Source of the DNA: Neovahlkampfia damariscottae
Taxonomy: Eukaryota
DNA length: 64,000 bases
Assembly (NCBI GenBank): GCA_016618085.1
Contig: JABLTG010000033.1
Coordinates: 62,001-126,000 of the forward strand
Direction: 5' to 3'
The notes under the pieces are model-generated. The model was given only the letters and a program-made list of their open reading frames with translations, did no database searches and had not been told where the DNA came from. The position numbers and the translations under genes were made by a program. Shown here piece by piece: positions 49,324-61,999 of this stretch. The number at the start of each line of letters is the position of its first letter. The stretch's first letter is position 1.

Positions 49324-49701
49324 TTACATACCACAGCTTTCTAAATACTGTTTTATTTTTTCAACTTCAAAACAACAATGAGAACCAACAATAGGTGATT
49401 CAAAATATGCAATTATTATTGTTGACTTAGTTTTGACACAACAAATTCCTGAATTTGAAGAAAACAGTCCATATAAATAATGTTGATTTAATTTGGTAAT
49501 ACGTATTTTTTGACCTCCACAAGTTGGAGTTTTTTTCATCAAATTATATTGATATTTCATACCTTCAACAAATTCTTTAAACTCTAAATTTTGAAAAAAG
49601 ACTTCTGTTTGGGCCCATATTGTACCATCTAGTCCACATATCAATGCTTTTGTAGCTCCACCAGATTTACAAAGTTGATCAACGTAGTCAAACCAACTCA
49701 T
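49324..49701 (-). CDS. Profilin
   Basis: MSWFDYVD, GLDGTIWAQ, KTKSTIIIAY. Confidence 0.88.
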   Translation of the reverse strand: MSWFDYVDQLCKSGGATKALICGLDGTIWAQTEVFFQNLEFKEFVEGMKYQYNLMKKTPTCGGQKIRITKLNQHYLYGLFSSNSGICCVKTKSTIIIAYFESPIVGSHCCFEVEKIKQYLESCGM

Positions 49702-49733
49702 AAAAATAAACTATTTAATTGGTCAAGAATACT

Positions 49734-51821
49734 TTATTTAAAATGAAGAAGGGAATCATAAATATTTGATTTACTTTCATAAGCATGTTCAATTTCTTGT
49801 TTTGAAAAATTATCATGCAATGAATCAACTTCATCAAAAAGAATTTCAGTTTTTTTCAAATTCAAATTTCTATTGGTTCCATAACAAAATAATCCAGTGA
49901 TTAAAAACAAAACTAATAGTGTGATAACATGAAATGAAAGAATACCAACAGTCTTGATAAAAAAAATAATCATCATTAATTGAAATATTAAAACAATAAC
50001 TAATATCAATTGAATCAGTAATTTAACTTGAGAGATGTCTTTTTCATCTGAATATGTAACTTTTTGATGATCAACAAAATATTTGAAAATGAAAAAAAAC
50101 AATCCAAGAGGTAATACCAATGGTGATAAAACTGAAAAACAAATGACAATTAAAAAATTCGACAAATTGAAGGAATATTCAAAAAAGGAATCAAATTGTA
50201 AAGTTTCAATTGATTCTTTCATTTCTCTTGGTGTTTTTGCCTTCACATGTTTGTACAGATAAAAAAAGATATCATTCAATCTTAAGAGATCTAATGAATT
50301 TCCAATTAATGAATATTGAATTAAATATGAAATAAAAAATGATCCTGATGAAATGTTGAACATTCTGATGAAAATAGATTCAAATTTTTGATATTGAAGA
50401 TAAATCAAAATTTCATCAATGGTTGTCAAAAGCATTGCTGGAATAATCAAAGAAGAAAGTATCAAACAGATAAAATTTCGAATTTGAATAACTCTTTTAA
50501 TTTCTGATTTTGAATTTCTTCGTTCCCATTTAGTCAATGAAGGTATTATCCAACCAGGAATAAAAAATGATAAAAAAACCAAAATCAAAGTTGAAAAGTA
50601 TTGAAAAATGAAATTCGATGTGTGAATTATATAACCAACTGACCATTCTTTCTTATTAAAATATGGTAATGTATTCAAAAATCCCATGATTCCAGTCATC
50701 AAAGTCAAAGGTGATGAGTAATACAAAATAATCAAAAGAAGAGCAATATTGACCATAATAACTCTATAATATCTTTGAAATGAAGACATAAAATTCCATT
50801 GAATATCATTTGGTTCCAAAACAGGTTCTATTAATAACTTGATTGAATTAATCTTCATAACTCTCATCTCTAGATATTTCTTTGCAATACTAGAATATTT
50901 AAAGACAATGAATACTTCATTTTTGATAATTTCATTACATTCTTTGATTTTTTGTTCCAACTTGTGTTTCTTTTCAATGTAATAATCATAACATTTTCTG
51001 TTTGAAAATGTAAATGTCCTTTCTGGAAAATATTGAAAATAATCAATGTAATCAGTTAATTTTTCATGTTTTCTTTCTAATTTTTTGATGGATCTTAAAT
51101 CTTTAATTCTTTCAATTTTTTCAATTTCATCAAAATATAATTCAAAGGGAAAATCATCATCATCGAAAGGAAGATTTTTTACTTTGATTGTATAATTTGA
51201 AATTTGTTTCAATGGTGAATCATATAGATATATTTGTACAATTTTTGATGTAAAAAATCTATTTAAAAAGAACAAAAGAATCATTGTGAAAATAATAACT
51301 ATCAAAGTTAATAAAAATGATAATAGGTTTACTCAAGATCACATGAACATATAATTTTAAATGTGAAGAAGCTACCATACTTATAGTTGTCTGGAGTAGT
51401 ATGAAATTCTCTGAAAATTGTTTAAATGAACTTTGATTAAATTGCTTGCGAACATCATTGGGTAATTTTCCAGTCAAATGTAATGGTAATAAAATAAAAA
51501 TTCCTAACAATGTAATTATACAAAAACATTGTATTATATTCTTCAAAAACCAAAAATAAATTGTATTCTAAGTGAAAAAAATAAAAATAGTATTTTTCAA
51601 ACTGTAGCTCCATATTCAAGAATTAAATCATCATAATGCTTTTCTGTATGAAATGTAAATATTTCTTTAAAAGTTTTTCTTCCAGTTGGTAAATTTTTAA
51701 AAAACTTTAATCTTTTTATCAACAAAAAGAAGAGAATCAAACAGAACAAAGTAACAATCACATCTATAAGAAATATTGAAACAACATCAGCTGAGTTTGT
51801 AAAAAGTTGATTTACTTCCAT
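49734..51821 (-). CDS. CSC1/OSCA/TMEM63-family membrane channel
   Basis: ILLPL, YTIKVKNLP, EPNDIQW, FS...PLVLP, KYFVD; two introns. Confidence 0.85.
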
Positions 51822-51946
51822 TTCAAAAAATAAAAATTAAATCTCAGCCTCATAAGGAAGAATAACCTTTTTTTGATACGTCAGAAAAATGAACCAATAA
51901 AATGGTCCAAATATTCATCCAAAAATAAAACAAATTTTGAATTCAT

Positions 51947-53542
51947 TTATTGGAAATTTTTGAATTTGAAAAATATATCAGTTTTCAAATTCCTTAAATT
52001 CACAATAAAGAGATGATTTGATTTATTCTTCATTGTGACAGCTCTAATTTCCAACTCTTTCAGAAACATTTTGGAATCAAATTTCACAAATGAATTTCTA
52101 AAGTATCCATCAAGAGGTCTATATCTGTCTATTTCCAATTAGATAATTAAAATGACTTACAATGACTGATGTCAAATACTCTCAAATTTTCATTTCTCTT
52201 CACCACATCAAGAATCACTTCAAAATTCTCCATTGAAATATAATTATTTTGAAAAATAAATTCATGAATGAATTCATTCACCAATAAACCTTTAAACAAT
52301 TCACATTGATATTTTTGCATGGTATCTGAAAAATCTTTGTCAACGAAAGTATCTGATAAATTCAGATGTCTCACATGCAAAGATGTGAACGAAATACAAT
52401 CATGACGTGCAAAATTATCTTCATTTGTTACTAAATTTAGTTGTTTTACTTGACAAATTTAGGCATTTCAAGTTTAACATGCCTTTGAGTATTGTTGAAT
52501 TCTTTTCACTCAAATTGAAATCATTATCTGAATGAATTTACTAATTATTTTTGATTTACCGGATAAATCTAATTCTTCTATATTTGAAAATTTAATGAGT
52601 TCAATGAATTCACAAAAATCATAATCGTTCATTGTACAACCTATAAAATAATAATTATTCAAATAACGGTATTTACAAATCAATTGTAGCTTTTTTAATG
52701 ATTTATTTTGATCAATACCTTCTCCAATCTTCCTAAAATCCACCCTATTTCCTATAAAATAAATTAAATGAAATCTTGTTATGTACTTGACATATTTAAA
52801 TGAGTGATATTTTTGTTCATTTTTAACATTGTCCCTATTGCCTGAGAAGCTTTTTCTTTGAATAAATTCACTTCAAATAGGTTATATAAAAATATATTTA
52901 CATTTTAAATCTAATTCCTCCAATGTTTCATTTTTCTCCAATACTTCACAAAGATCAACAATTCCATTGTCCCCTATTTCGTTATCTTCCAAAAAAAATT
53001 AAAAAAAGTAGAATACTTGTTAAATTTAGCTTTAATAATCCTGTATTTCCCACCAAGATTTCAGAAATATATTTAGCTCCAATATTTTTAATCTCACACT
53101 CTGTTGAAAATTAATTATTTTGAGACTCACTAGACAAGTTTAATTCTTCAATGAAATTATTTTTTTTCAATATTTCCGATACTATTTGTGCTCCTTTTTC
53201 ACCAACACTGTTTACATAGCCAATTACATTTGTATTTTTTCCTTTCAGAAACATTAATTTTATTTGAGATACTTGTCAAGTTCAAGGAGTGAAGGTTTTT
53301 TGTCTTTTTTAGTTCTTGTAAGATTTCATCAGAAAAATTCAATTCAGCATCTACGAAAATCAGAAATGGCTTCAATGTGTACCTGTGAGATCAAGACTAG
53401 TTTGTATTTCTGATTCCAACATTAATTTAATGTAACTTTCTGTTGTTGAAGCATTTTCTTTTTCTTCTTTTTGTACATTATCTGTTTCTGGTTTTTTTCT
53501 GATTTTTATTTTGTCATCGTCTTGATGTGGAGAATTTCCCAT
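51947..53542 (-). CDS. Ribonuclease-inhibitor-type LRR protein, mostly one repeat per exon
   Basis: Ten phase-1 GT-AG introns of 30-36 nt, each just after LxLx; IGDNG/VGEKGA repeats; MGN start. Confidence 0.8.
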
Positions 53543-53775
53543 TGTTATTGGACAAGTAAAAATCTGCGGAAAAACTGTGGAAAATAGCTTTTTTGAAAAA
53601 AACAACAACTTTGGAAGAGAATCGAACCTCAAAAAAAAAAAATAATGTTGTTAAATGCCATTGCAGTTAGTCAAATACTATGGCATTCTTTGATCATTGA
53701 AAAACAGTTAAAAATGAAAAAAACAATTTGTTGGAAGATAAAATGTTGATTTGTCTTCAAAATAAGATAATAACT

Positions 53776-56700
53776 TTATTCTTTGATAACCGAAGGAGTA
53801 TTCCTTTTCAATCTTCTTGACATTGATCTTGTTTTATGAGCAATAATCTCTTCAGCTGTAAAAACATCATTTCCTTCAACTGGAGTGACGGCAGGTTCAT
53901 CAGTTAAATCAAATTCCCAAGATCTTGATTCTGTCCCACGAATTGAAAATTCTCTTGTTTTATTGGCAATCACAGTATCATCAATCAATTCCTCATCATT
54001 TTGTTTGATAGAATTTTGTAAATCACTTAAATCCATTCCATGAACATTTGATTGTCTATAATTACTAATTTTCTTTCTCAATGTTGTTAATTGATCTTCA
54101 AGTGAAGATGCATCATGATCAAGAAACAATGAATCTCTAATCCAATCAGATTTATCTCTATCATCAACCATTGATTCTGGATCAAATAATGGATTGAAAT
54201 ATTCAATCAATTCATCATCTTCATCATCTGCTTCATCAGTCAATAAAGCCAATTTTGAAACTTCATCAAATTCTGGATCATAAATATCATCAAATTTAGC
54301 TTCTTTATAATTCATTAATGGGAAAATAATTGATGAATAATCAACAATTCCTTCAAATATTTTGTTAACTTTTGGTGAAATTTGAAGACTTTGCATTGCA
54401 TCTGAAGTATGAATTAAATTCATTCCAAGACAAATTGCTAAACTATTTGATGTCATTTTATTGATTTTTGTGTATTCAATAATTCTCTCAAATAATCTCA
54501 TGAATCTGGCCAATAAAATCTTTCCTTCAGTTGACATATTTTTATCAACAACATCTTTCAATACATATCCATCTTTTTTCACTAAAATATGATTGTTAAA
54601 AAGATAAGTGATTTTACATGTTGCTTCATAATATTCATCAACATCTTTCAATTCAATTATTGGTTCTGGTATTTTTCTTAAGAATTCTTTGAGAACTCCA
54701 CAGAATGTATGCCATTTATTGAAATTTAAATTTGATAAAATATCTTTAATTGAACCTCCTGATTCAATCAATTCGATACATTTTTTCATTTGTGAATTTT
54801 GAGCTGGAATTCTAAACAAACCTTCCATTGTTAAATCTAAAACATATTTAAATTAACTTTTTAACTTACAGTATTTCTCAATTAGACACATGAATTTTTG
54901 AAGGATAATAGGAATTGGTGATTGTAAATCTTTTAAACTCATTGAAAATATTTGAACTCTAATTTCTTTGTTTTTAATTGCATCTAATAATAATTTTTCT
55001 TCATATGCATTAAATCTTTCAATGATTGGATAATCTTCTTTTGATGCATCTCTAAATGATTTATCTTTGTATAAAGTCTTTGGGAAATATAAATTTGCAT
55101 TGGTCAACATAATTTCAAATACTTTTGGTAATGATTGAAGAATGAGAGTATCTGTTGTGTGAAGTAAAGCAGGTGCAAAAATGACACCAATAGAAGATGC
55201 AATCACTTTGTTTTGTGATGATTTTGAAATAATTCGTTTGAAGAATTTCATAAATCTTGCTAAATAATTTCTATTTTTTTGTGGTAAAGAATTGATTAAT
55301 TCTTTAAAACTTGAAAATCTATCTTTCTCTTTTTCAAGTTGAGTTGCTTTTATAAAATCATATGTTGTAGTTCCTAAGAAATCATTTTGCATTTCAATCA
55401 TGAATTTATTCAAAACAACGCATATTGTATAAGGTGCAGCACCATAATCTTTTGCCATCAATTTTGAAAAAGATGCTCCAGAATCAAGCAATTTCACCAT
55501 TCTCTCAATGGAACTTTGATCTCCATTTTTTAAGTAAATATGTTCTTCAGTTAAATCTAATTGAAAAAAAAATGAATAATAAAAAATATTCTTACAATTT
55601 GATTCAACAAAATAAATTAATCTTTCAATAATCAATGGTAGTTCCATTGGTAAATCTTTCAAAGGAACACCAAATAATTTTTTGACTTTGGTCATAGCAG
55701 TGAATCTTGGTGATGCTAATAAAGCATCTTTGATTGAATCTTCACTCATTTGTTTATACATATCAGGTGGATAAAAGTCTTTGCTGTTATGAATCATATC
55801 TTCCACTATTTTGTTCAAATGAGGAATATCAGCAAATCCTTTGATGTCATCTTGTCTTGATAAATTAATACCTAATGTCATTGCAAGTTTTGTCGGATTT
55901 AACTTGTTATTAAGTTTATGAACCAAAATTCTTTCAAAGAATCTCATCCATCTTGCAATTACTTCACGATTTCTTAATGGTAATTCATTGATCAATTCTT
56001 TCAATTGTGGAACTCTATCTTTCTCGTTTAATATTTCTAATGTTCGAAAAATTAATAAAAATGATGGTTTACTTCCAATTTCAACAAATTTTGGATATAG
56101 TTCACTTGTCAAAAGTGTATCTGGTAAATCTCTAATGTATTTTTTTAAAACACCACACATGGTAAATTGTCTTTTTTCTAAATCCATTTCAACAATTTTA
56201 TAAAAAGGTGTTTGTTTTTCAATGGCTTCTTGTAATCTCTTCATTGCTGTTGCCTCTCCATTTTCAAATAAAATGCCTTGTTCATCCAAATCTAAAATAA
56301 CATTAATTTAAACAAAAAATTACATTTAGCTTCAATATAAAGTATTAATTTTTCTATAATTGGTGGTAATGGTTCAAATCCATCATAAACACTTCCTCCA
56401 AATATTTGAACTCTTCTGTTAACAACTGGTGATGGTGTATCAAGTTCTGATGATTCTGGTGTATCTAATGGTGTTTCTGAAACATCTGAGAATATCTTTT
56501 GAGCATCTGTAAAAAATTCCAATTCAAAAGCTTCCAATTTTTCAATCAACTATTTTGAAAATAAAAAAAAATTTAAAAAAATCAAACGTTTGTGTTATGA
56601 ACAAGCATCTTTTTCTCTTGATAAAACATTTCTTCTTTGATCAACTCATGATCTTTGATTTTCTAAATAAAAGTTCCAAAAAAAAAAAATATTTTACCAC

Positions 56701-57265
56701 AAGAGAAACATCTTGAAAAAAATTTCCTATAACTTCATATAGGTTTAGTTTTACAGTTTCAATCTTGAAAAAACAATCAGTTTTGAAAAATTATTATTAC
56801 ATTTGCTTTTCTTAATTTTGCAAGACTTCTAAGGTTTGTACCCAAGACATCTGATTTATTTTTTAGTGTTGAATTTAGTGGAATTGTAGTTGATAAATCT
56901 TTCAATCTTTCACCCATACTGCTTTCAATTTTACTCAAATCTTTGATTTGAATTTTAAAAAAATAAAACAAACCCTTTGATGTTTGGTACCAAGCATCTG
57001 TCAACTCCATCATGGCTTTATATTGTTCTACTATAGAAACAAATTGCTAAAAAGTTAAAAAATGTCCATTCCAAACTTTATATTTTTGTAAAGAAGTTTT
57101 ATCCAATTTATCAGTGGGTAAAGAGTTTAAACCTTTTAGAATTGAATTTCCTGTCGCAATCATGAGTTCAGTCGCTTTTAATTTTGTGTAAGTATGAGAT
57201 CTAGGTGATGTAGACTTCTGCGAACGCAGTGGCATTGAAACATACGAATCACTAGGAGCAGACAT
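53776..57265 (-). CDS. Protein with three RhoGAP domains
   Basis: Three blocks FG...P.II..L...E / CGVLK..R..P / NK....LA; many short introns. Confidence 0.85.
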
Positions 57266-57401
57266 TCTTTGTTAATGATTGGTCAATTTTTTGACTCGTC
57301 TTATCAGATACTACATTCTTAAATATTCAAAAGAAAATAAAAACTCAAGGCAATATTTTGTCTTCAAAGAAATCCATATTTTTAATTGGTCAATTATCGC
57401 A

Positions 57402-58520
57402 ATGAGTTTTATAACTTTGTTTCATGATGAACAAGGTGAAATCATTTTCGAAATTGGAAGAACAAACAAAAAAGAAATCACTTGGTATGATGAAACTGTC
57501 AAATTGCCGAACTATTGGGAAGAAAAAACGAAATTAAGAGTTTGTATTAATTCAAATGAACCACCACATAAAATTCCAAAACCAATTGAAGATTTTCATG
57601 TGCCATTACTAAAAAGTGCACTTCAAAAAGGTGTTCGTCGAAGGAAGGCTGAAGCTGCTTTACATCTAGCTTGGCAATTAATTTCACAAGATTTAACTGA
57701 GTTCTTAAGAAGATTTCCTGTTATAATACTTGAAGATTCTGTATTACATCCTAATTTTTCAAACATAGTTTGGATGATGATTGCTAATTCAAAAGGATGG
57801 AAACTAAGAAAAACACAAATTGAATTATTACTTCAAACAGTTTATCAAATTGCAAGTTGTGAATATCGTGATTATTTAGATTTTGAAAGTGAAGAATTTT
57901 CAAATCCATGTTACAACACAAACAATCATCTTTTGGCTTCCATTATTCTACGAGTTAATTATGGAGGCATGAAAGGAGATCAAGAATTCATGAAAAAGCT
58001 TGTTATGATGTGGCATAATAGATTTAAAATAGATTATAAAATATGGAATGATTCATTTGATACCATATTTCCACCAATTCCTAAAGAAATTCAATCTCAA
58101 ATCACATCAATGGTCGAAAAGAAAAGTTTTCTAAAGAATGAGTACAAACTGAATGAAGGAATAGATTATCATGTATTTCCATCTTTAATTGATCAATTAT
58201 TTAATGTTTTAAAAGATAAAAAAAAATTTATTCCAGTCAATGATTTGAAATCAATCATTTGGTTACATCGCTCTGGAATATCATTAAAAAAATATATAAC
58301 CACAAGAAAATCTCTATTGAAATTAGATTTACAAAATGAATATGAAACTGATGAAAAGTTATCTACTTTTGATACATGGAAAGATATCAAAGAAGACTGG
58401 ATAGAGTTATGTTCAGAAGTATTTTGGAGATCATACATTTCTGAAGAATTTTCATCACCAAAAGAGAAGAAAACAAAAATTCAAAATCATAAAATTACTG
58501 ATTTTTTCAAAATAAAATAA
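57402..58520 (+). CDS. Hypothetical protein with KSALQKGVRR helical domain
   Basis: Long intronless ORF; LKSALQKGVRRR...FLRRFPVIILED. Confidence 0.6.
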   Translation: MSFITLFHDEQGEIIFEIGRTNKKEITWYDETVKLPNYWEEKTKLRVCINSNEPPHKIPKPIEDFHVPLLKSALQKGVRRRKAEAALHLAWQLISQDLTEFLRRFPVIILEDSVLHPNFSNIVWMMIANSKGWKLRKTQIELLLQTVYQIASCEYRDYLDFESEEFSNPCYNTNNHLLASIILRVNYGGMKGDQEFMKKLVMMWHNRFKIDYKIWNDSFDTIFPPIPKEIQSQITSMVEKKSFLKNEYKLNEGIDYHVFPSLIDQLFNVLKDKKKFIPVNDLKSIIWLHRSGISLKKYITTRKSLLKLDLQNEYETDEKLSTFDTWKDIKEDWIELCSEVFWRSYISEEFSSPKEKKTKIQNHKITDFFKIK

Positions 58521-58601
58521 TTTTTCTTTTGAAGATGACGAATAAAACAATGGGAAAATAAACCAATGAAATATTCTCCTTGTCTGACTTTTTTTCAACA
58601 G

Positions 58602-60558
58602 ATGAAGTCAACGTTTGTTATACTCTTGTTTCTGTTTTTCTCAGTACTTGCTGAAAAAGTGGAAAAGTATGAAACTTGTGTTATTGGTGGAGGTAAAATA
58701 AAAAAAAATTTATTTTTTTCAAAAAGGACCTGGAGGAATTCAAATGGGATATTTTCTAAAAAAGTCAAACCGAAATTATGTAGTTTTAGAAAAGAATAAT
58801 GTTCCTTGTTCTTTCTTCACAAAATATCCAAGACAAGGAAATTTAATTTCCATAAACAAAAGATATGTTGAATTTGATGATAAAGAATATAAATTACGTC
58901 ATGACTGGAACTCTTTACTGAGTGATGATCCTGAATTAGTGTTTACAAAATACTCCGAAGATTATTTTCCAAAGTCAAAATTAATTCCGAAATATTGCAA
59001 AGATTATGTAAACAAATTGAATATTAATATTCATTTTGGTACTTATGTAAACAATATGTCTCGTTTAAACAAGCACAAAAAAATAACAATTCCAAAAGGT
59101 GATTTTATTCTCCGAACAAATAAAAAGACCTATCAATGCCAACGGGTTGTGATGGCAACAGGTTTTCAACAACCAGTACAACCACAAGTATTCAAAGGTT
59201 TAGAATTAACAGATAATTATGCAACTATGAGTTTCGATAAGAAAGAATTCATCAATAAAAAAGTGCTAATTTTTGGGAAGGGAAATTCAGCAATGGAAGT
59301 TATAAATCACATCACACCATTCACTCAATATATTCATGTTATGAGTCCACATAAAATAAGACTTTCATATTTCACTCATTATGTTGGTGATATTCGAGCT
59401 GTCAATAATCATATTTTGGATCAATATCAATTGAAGTCATTAGACGCTATTGGAGATGCAAATGCAAAGAATTCAAGTTTTTCAAAAACTAAAGATGGAA
59501 GAATCCAATTTTCTTACCCTGATAATGGTGATTCTTTTGATCAAGATGAATTACATCCATTGGTTTATGATAAAGTTATCTTTTGTACAGGGTTCACTTT
59601 TAATGGTTCATTTCTACCAGATGATCCATTAGATCAACCTATTTTTTCAAAAGGAAAGTATCCAGTGACTAATTCATTTTATGAATCAGTTAATGTTCCT
59701 GACTTATATGTTGCTGGTACAATAGCTCATTTAAGAGATTTAAGAAAATCTGCTGGAGGATTTATTCATGGATTTCGTTACTTGGCTCAAACTGTGAATA
59801 GTCATATGGAATGGAGATATCATGATGTTGTTTTCCCTCATAAAACATTGCATTTGGGTGAATTATTAAAACATATTATTTATAGAATCAACCATGCATC
59901 TGCTTTGTATCAAATGTTCGGAACATTAGGAGATATAGTTGTTTTGGATCCAAATCAAAAATTAAACTCTAATATTACAGATAAATGTTTAGGGGCAATA
60001 GTAAATGATGATAAAGAATGTCAAAATATCAAATTTACTTATTTTGAAAATATTCAGGTACAATATCCATTGGCTGGTTTTATTGGTCGAGATTTTCCAA
60101 CAAAAAGAGGAATGAAATTCCCAAAGATGGTTCATCCAGAATCTTATTTAACAGTTACATTGGAATACCATCCTGATTTTCATGGTGAAAAAGTATTTGG
60201 TGATGACAGAGTTGCTGATGGTTTGAAGAATGCGCACAAAAGTAATTTCTTGCATCCAATTATTCGTGAATTTGATATTAGATCAGATAATATCACACAA
60301 TGTTTCAACAAAAATTCTTGTTTCAATTTGACTAGAGAACATCAAATAAGTGAACATCACTTCTTGGAAGATTTTTGGGGAGTTTTCACTCTTCAAAAAA
60401 TTCATACTAACCCATTCAAGAGATACTTAAATGGTGTTTTGACAAAAGTACCACGTTATAGACCAAAATATAGCCCAGTAAGAGAAAATACTAAATTGAA
60501 AAGAGAATTAAAAACACTGACAAAAATTAAAACAAACCCAGTCAAAGATGAACTGTAA
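58602..60558 (+). CDS. FOXRED2: FAD-dependent oxidoreductase, FOXRED2-like (secretory pathway)
   Basis: Signal peptide, IGGGPGG, LISINK, RHDWNSLL, THYVGDIRAVNN, SAGGFIHGFRY, SNFLHP, C-terminal KDEL. Confidence 0.88.
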
Positions 60559-60614
60559 TTTTGGTATTTAAAGAGAGCTTTATAAAATAGACATTCTTTT
60601 GTTCAAAAATTTAT

Positions 60615-61294
60615 TCAAAAAAAATCATCCAAACTTCCACTTGATTCTTTTGATTTTTCTTCAGTTTTTATTTCAACTGCTGGTTTGTCATTATTTGAGT
60701 CATCAAATAATCCTAAAATTGATCCTTTTTTTTCATCTTCAAATTTTATCATTTCTTCCGGTTTTTTTTTATAATCCAGCATTTGGTCTAAATAATCAAC
60801 AGATTTTTTTTCACCATCTCTTTGTTCTAAATTGTTGACAATGTGGCTCAAACCTTCACTTGACTCGTTCATAAAATCATCCAAACTTATACTGGAGTTT
60901 GAAGTTTCTGCTGATGCTCCTGTGAAATAAGAAACTATTGATGGTTTTGGTTCAGGAAATGAAAAATGAATTTTTTCTTTTTCTTCTTTTTGTGACAATT
61001 CTTTGGCAGGTGTTTCATCTTTCAACGGTGAATCAACTTTTTCAAGATTTGTTTTTTGTGATTTTTTTTCAAATTTTGAGAGTAGTTCTTGTTGAATTGA
61101 AAGGAGTTCTGTAGTCTTTTCCGACAAGCCAAGCAAAACCGAATTTAGCTTTTGGTTTAGTTCATGGATTTGTTCATTCTTCAAAGATTAGAAAAATAAA
61201 ATTGGATTACTTTTGTTTCTGTGTTGTTATCAAGCTGATCAATTTCTGATTTGATCGATTCAATAGCTGAGTTCACTTGTTGGAAACAATTCAT
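60615..61294 (-). CDS. Hypothetical protein
   Basis: ATG 61294; one short GT-AG intron into the 189-aa ORF. Confidence 0.55.
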
Positions 61295-61337
61295 CAGAAA
61301 TAAAAGGTTTGATTGGACACAAGAAATTTAAAAAGTT

Positions 61338-61410
61338 TATCCAAGAGGAGATTCGAACTCCTGATTTTTTCCTTAGGAGGGAAACGCCTTAGCCACTAGG
61401 CCACGAGGAC
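61338..61410 (-). tRNA. tRNA-Arg (anticodon CCT)
   Basis: 73-nt cloverleaf: D stem GCCT/AGGC, anticodon stem TTTCC/GGAAA, T arm AGGAG-TTCGAAT-CTCCT, followed by TTTTT; two acceptor-stem mismatches. Confidence 0.85.
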
Positions 61411-61529
61411 TTGCAAATAGCTACTTTAAATCCGAAGAAAATAAAACAGCCAACAACTTTTTTTTCTTCATGATGAACTCAACTTGGTTTTAGTTTTTTG
61501 AAGTTACAAGTTTTTGTAAGTTATAAATT

Positions 61530-61904
61530 TTATTGATTTAATTTTGCTTGTTCTTTTGCAAGTTTTTGAATATGAGCTACAAATTCTTCAAAACTAATTT
61601 GATTATCTTTGTTTGTATCATAAGATTCAAAAGTAGAAAGACTTTCAGCAATTTCTTTTCTTTTCATAATTGCTTCTAATTTTTCTTTTGAAATAGTTGT
61701 TGGATCAATATTAATAATATCTGGATTTTTATCAAATTGATCTTGAACTAAATCTGTGACTTCTTTTAAAAAAGTTTCAAATTCGTCTCTGTCAATTACA
61801 CCATTTTTATTCTTGTCATATTTTTTGAATAATTTTTTAATATTTGATTGATCACTTGGATCCGCTAAAATATGATCTAAAGCTAAAACTTGTTTGTTAC
61901 CCAT
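61530..61904 (-). CDS. Two-EF-hand calcium-binding protein
   Basis: DKNKNGVIDRDE and DTNKDNQISFEE; MGNK start. Confidence 0.85.
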   Translation of the reverse strand: MGNKQVLALDHILADPSDQSNIKKLFKKYDKNKNGVIDRDEFETFLKEVTDLVQDQFDKNPDIINIDPTTISKEKLEAIMKRKEIAESLSTFESYDTNKDNQISFEEFVAHIQKLAKEQAKLNQ

Positions 61905-61999
61905 CTCTTTGCCTTTTTTTGTTTCACAAAGTATTTTGGTTGGTTGATTTTTAACGTCTGACTTACCGTTAAAATGAAAAAAAAAAAACTTTTATTTTT

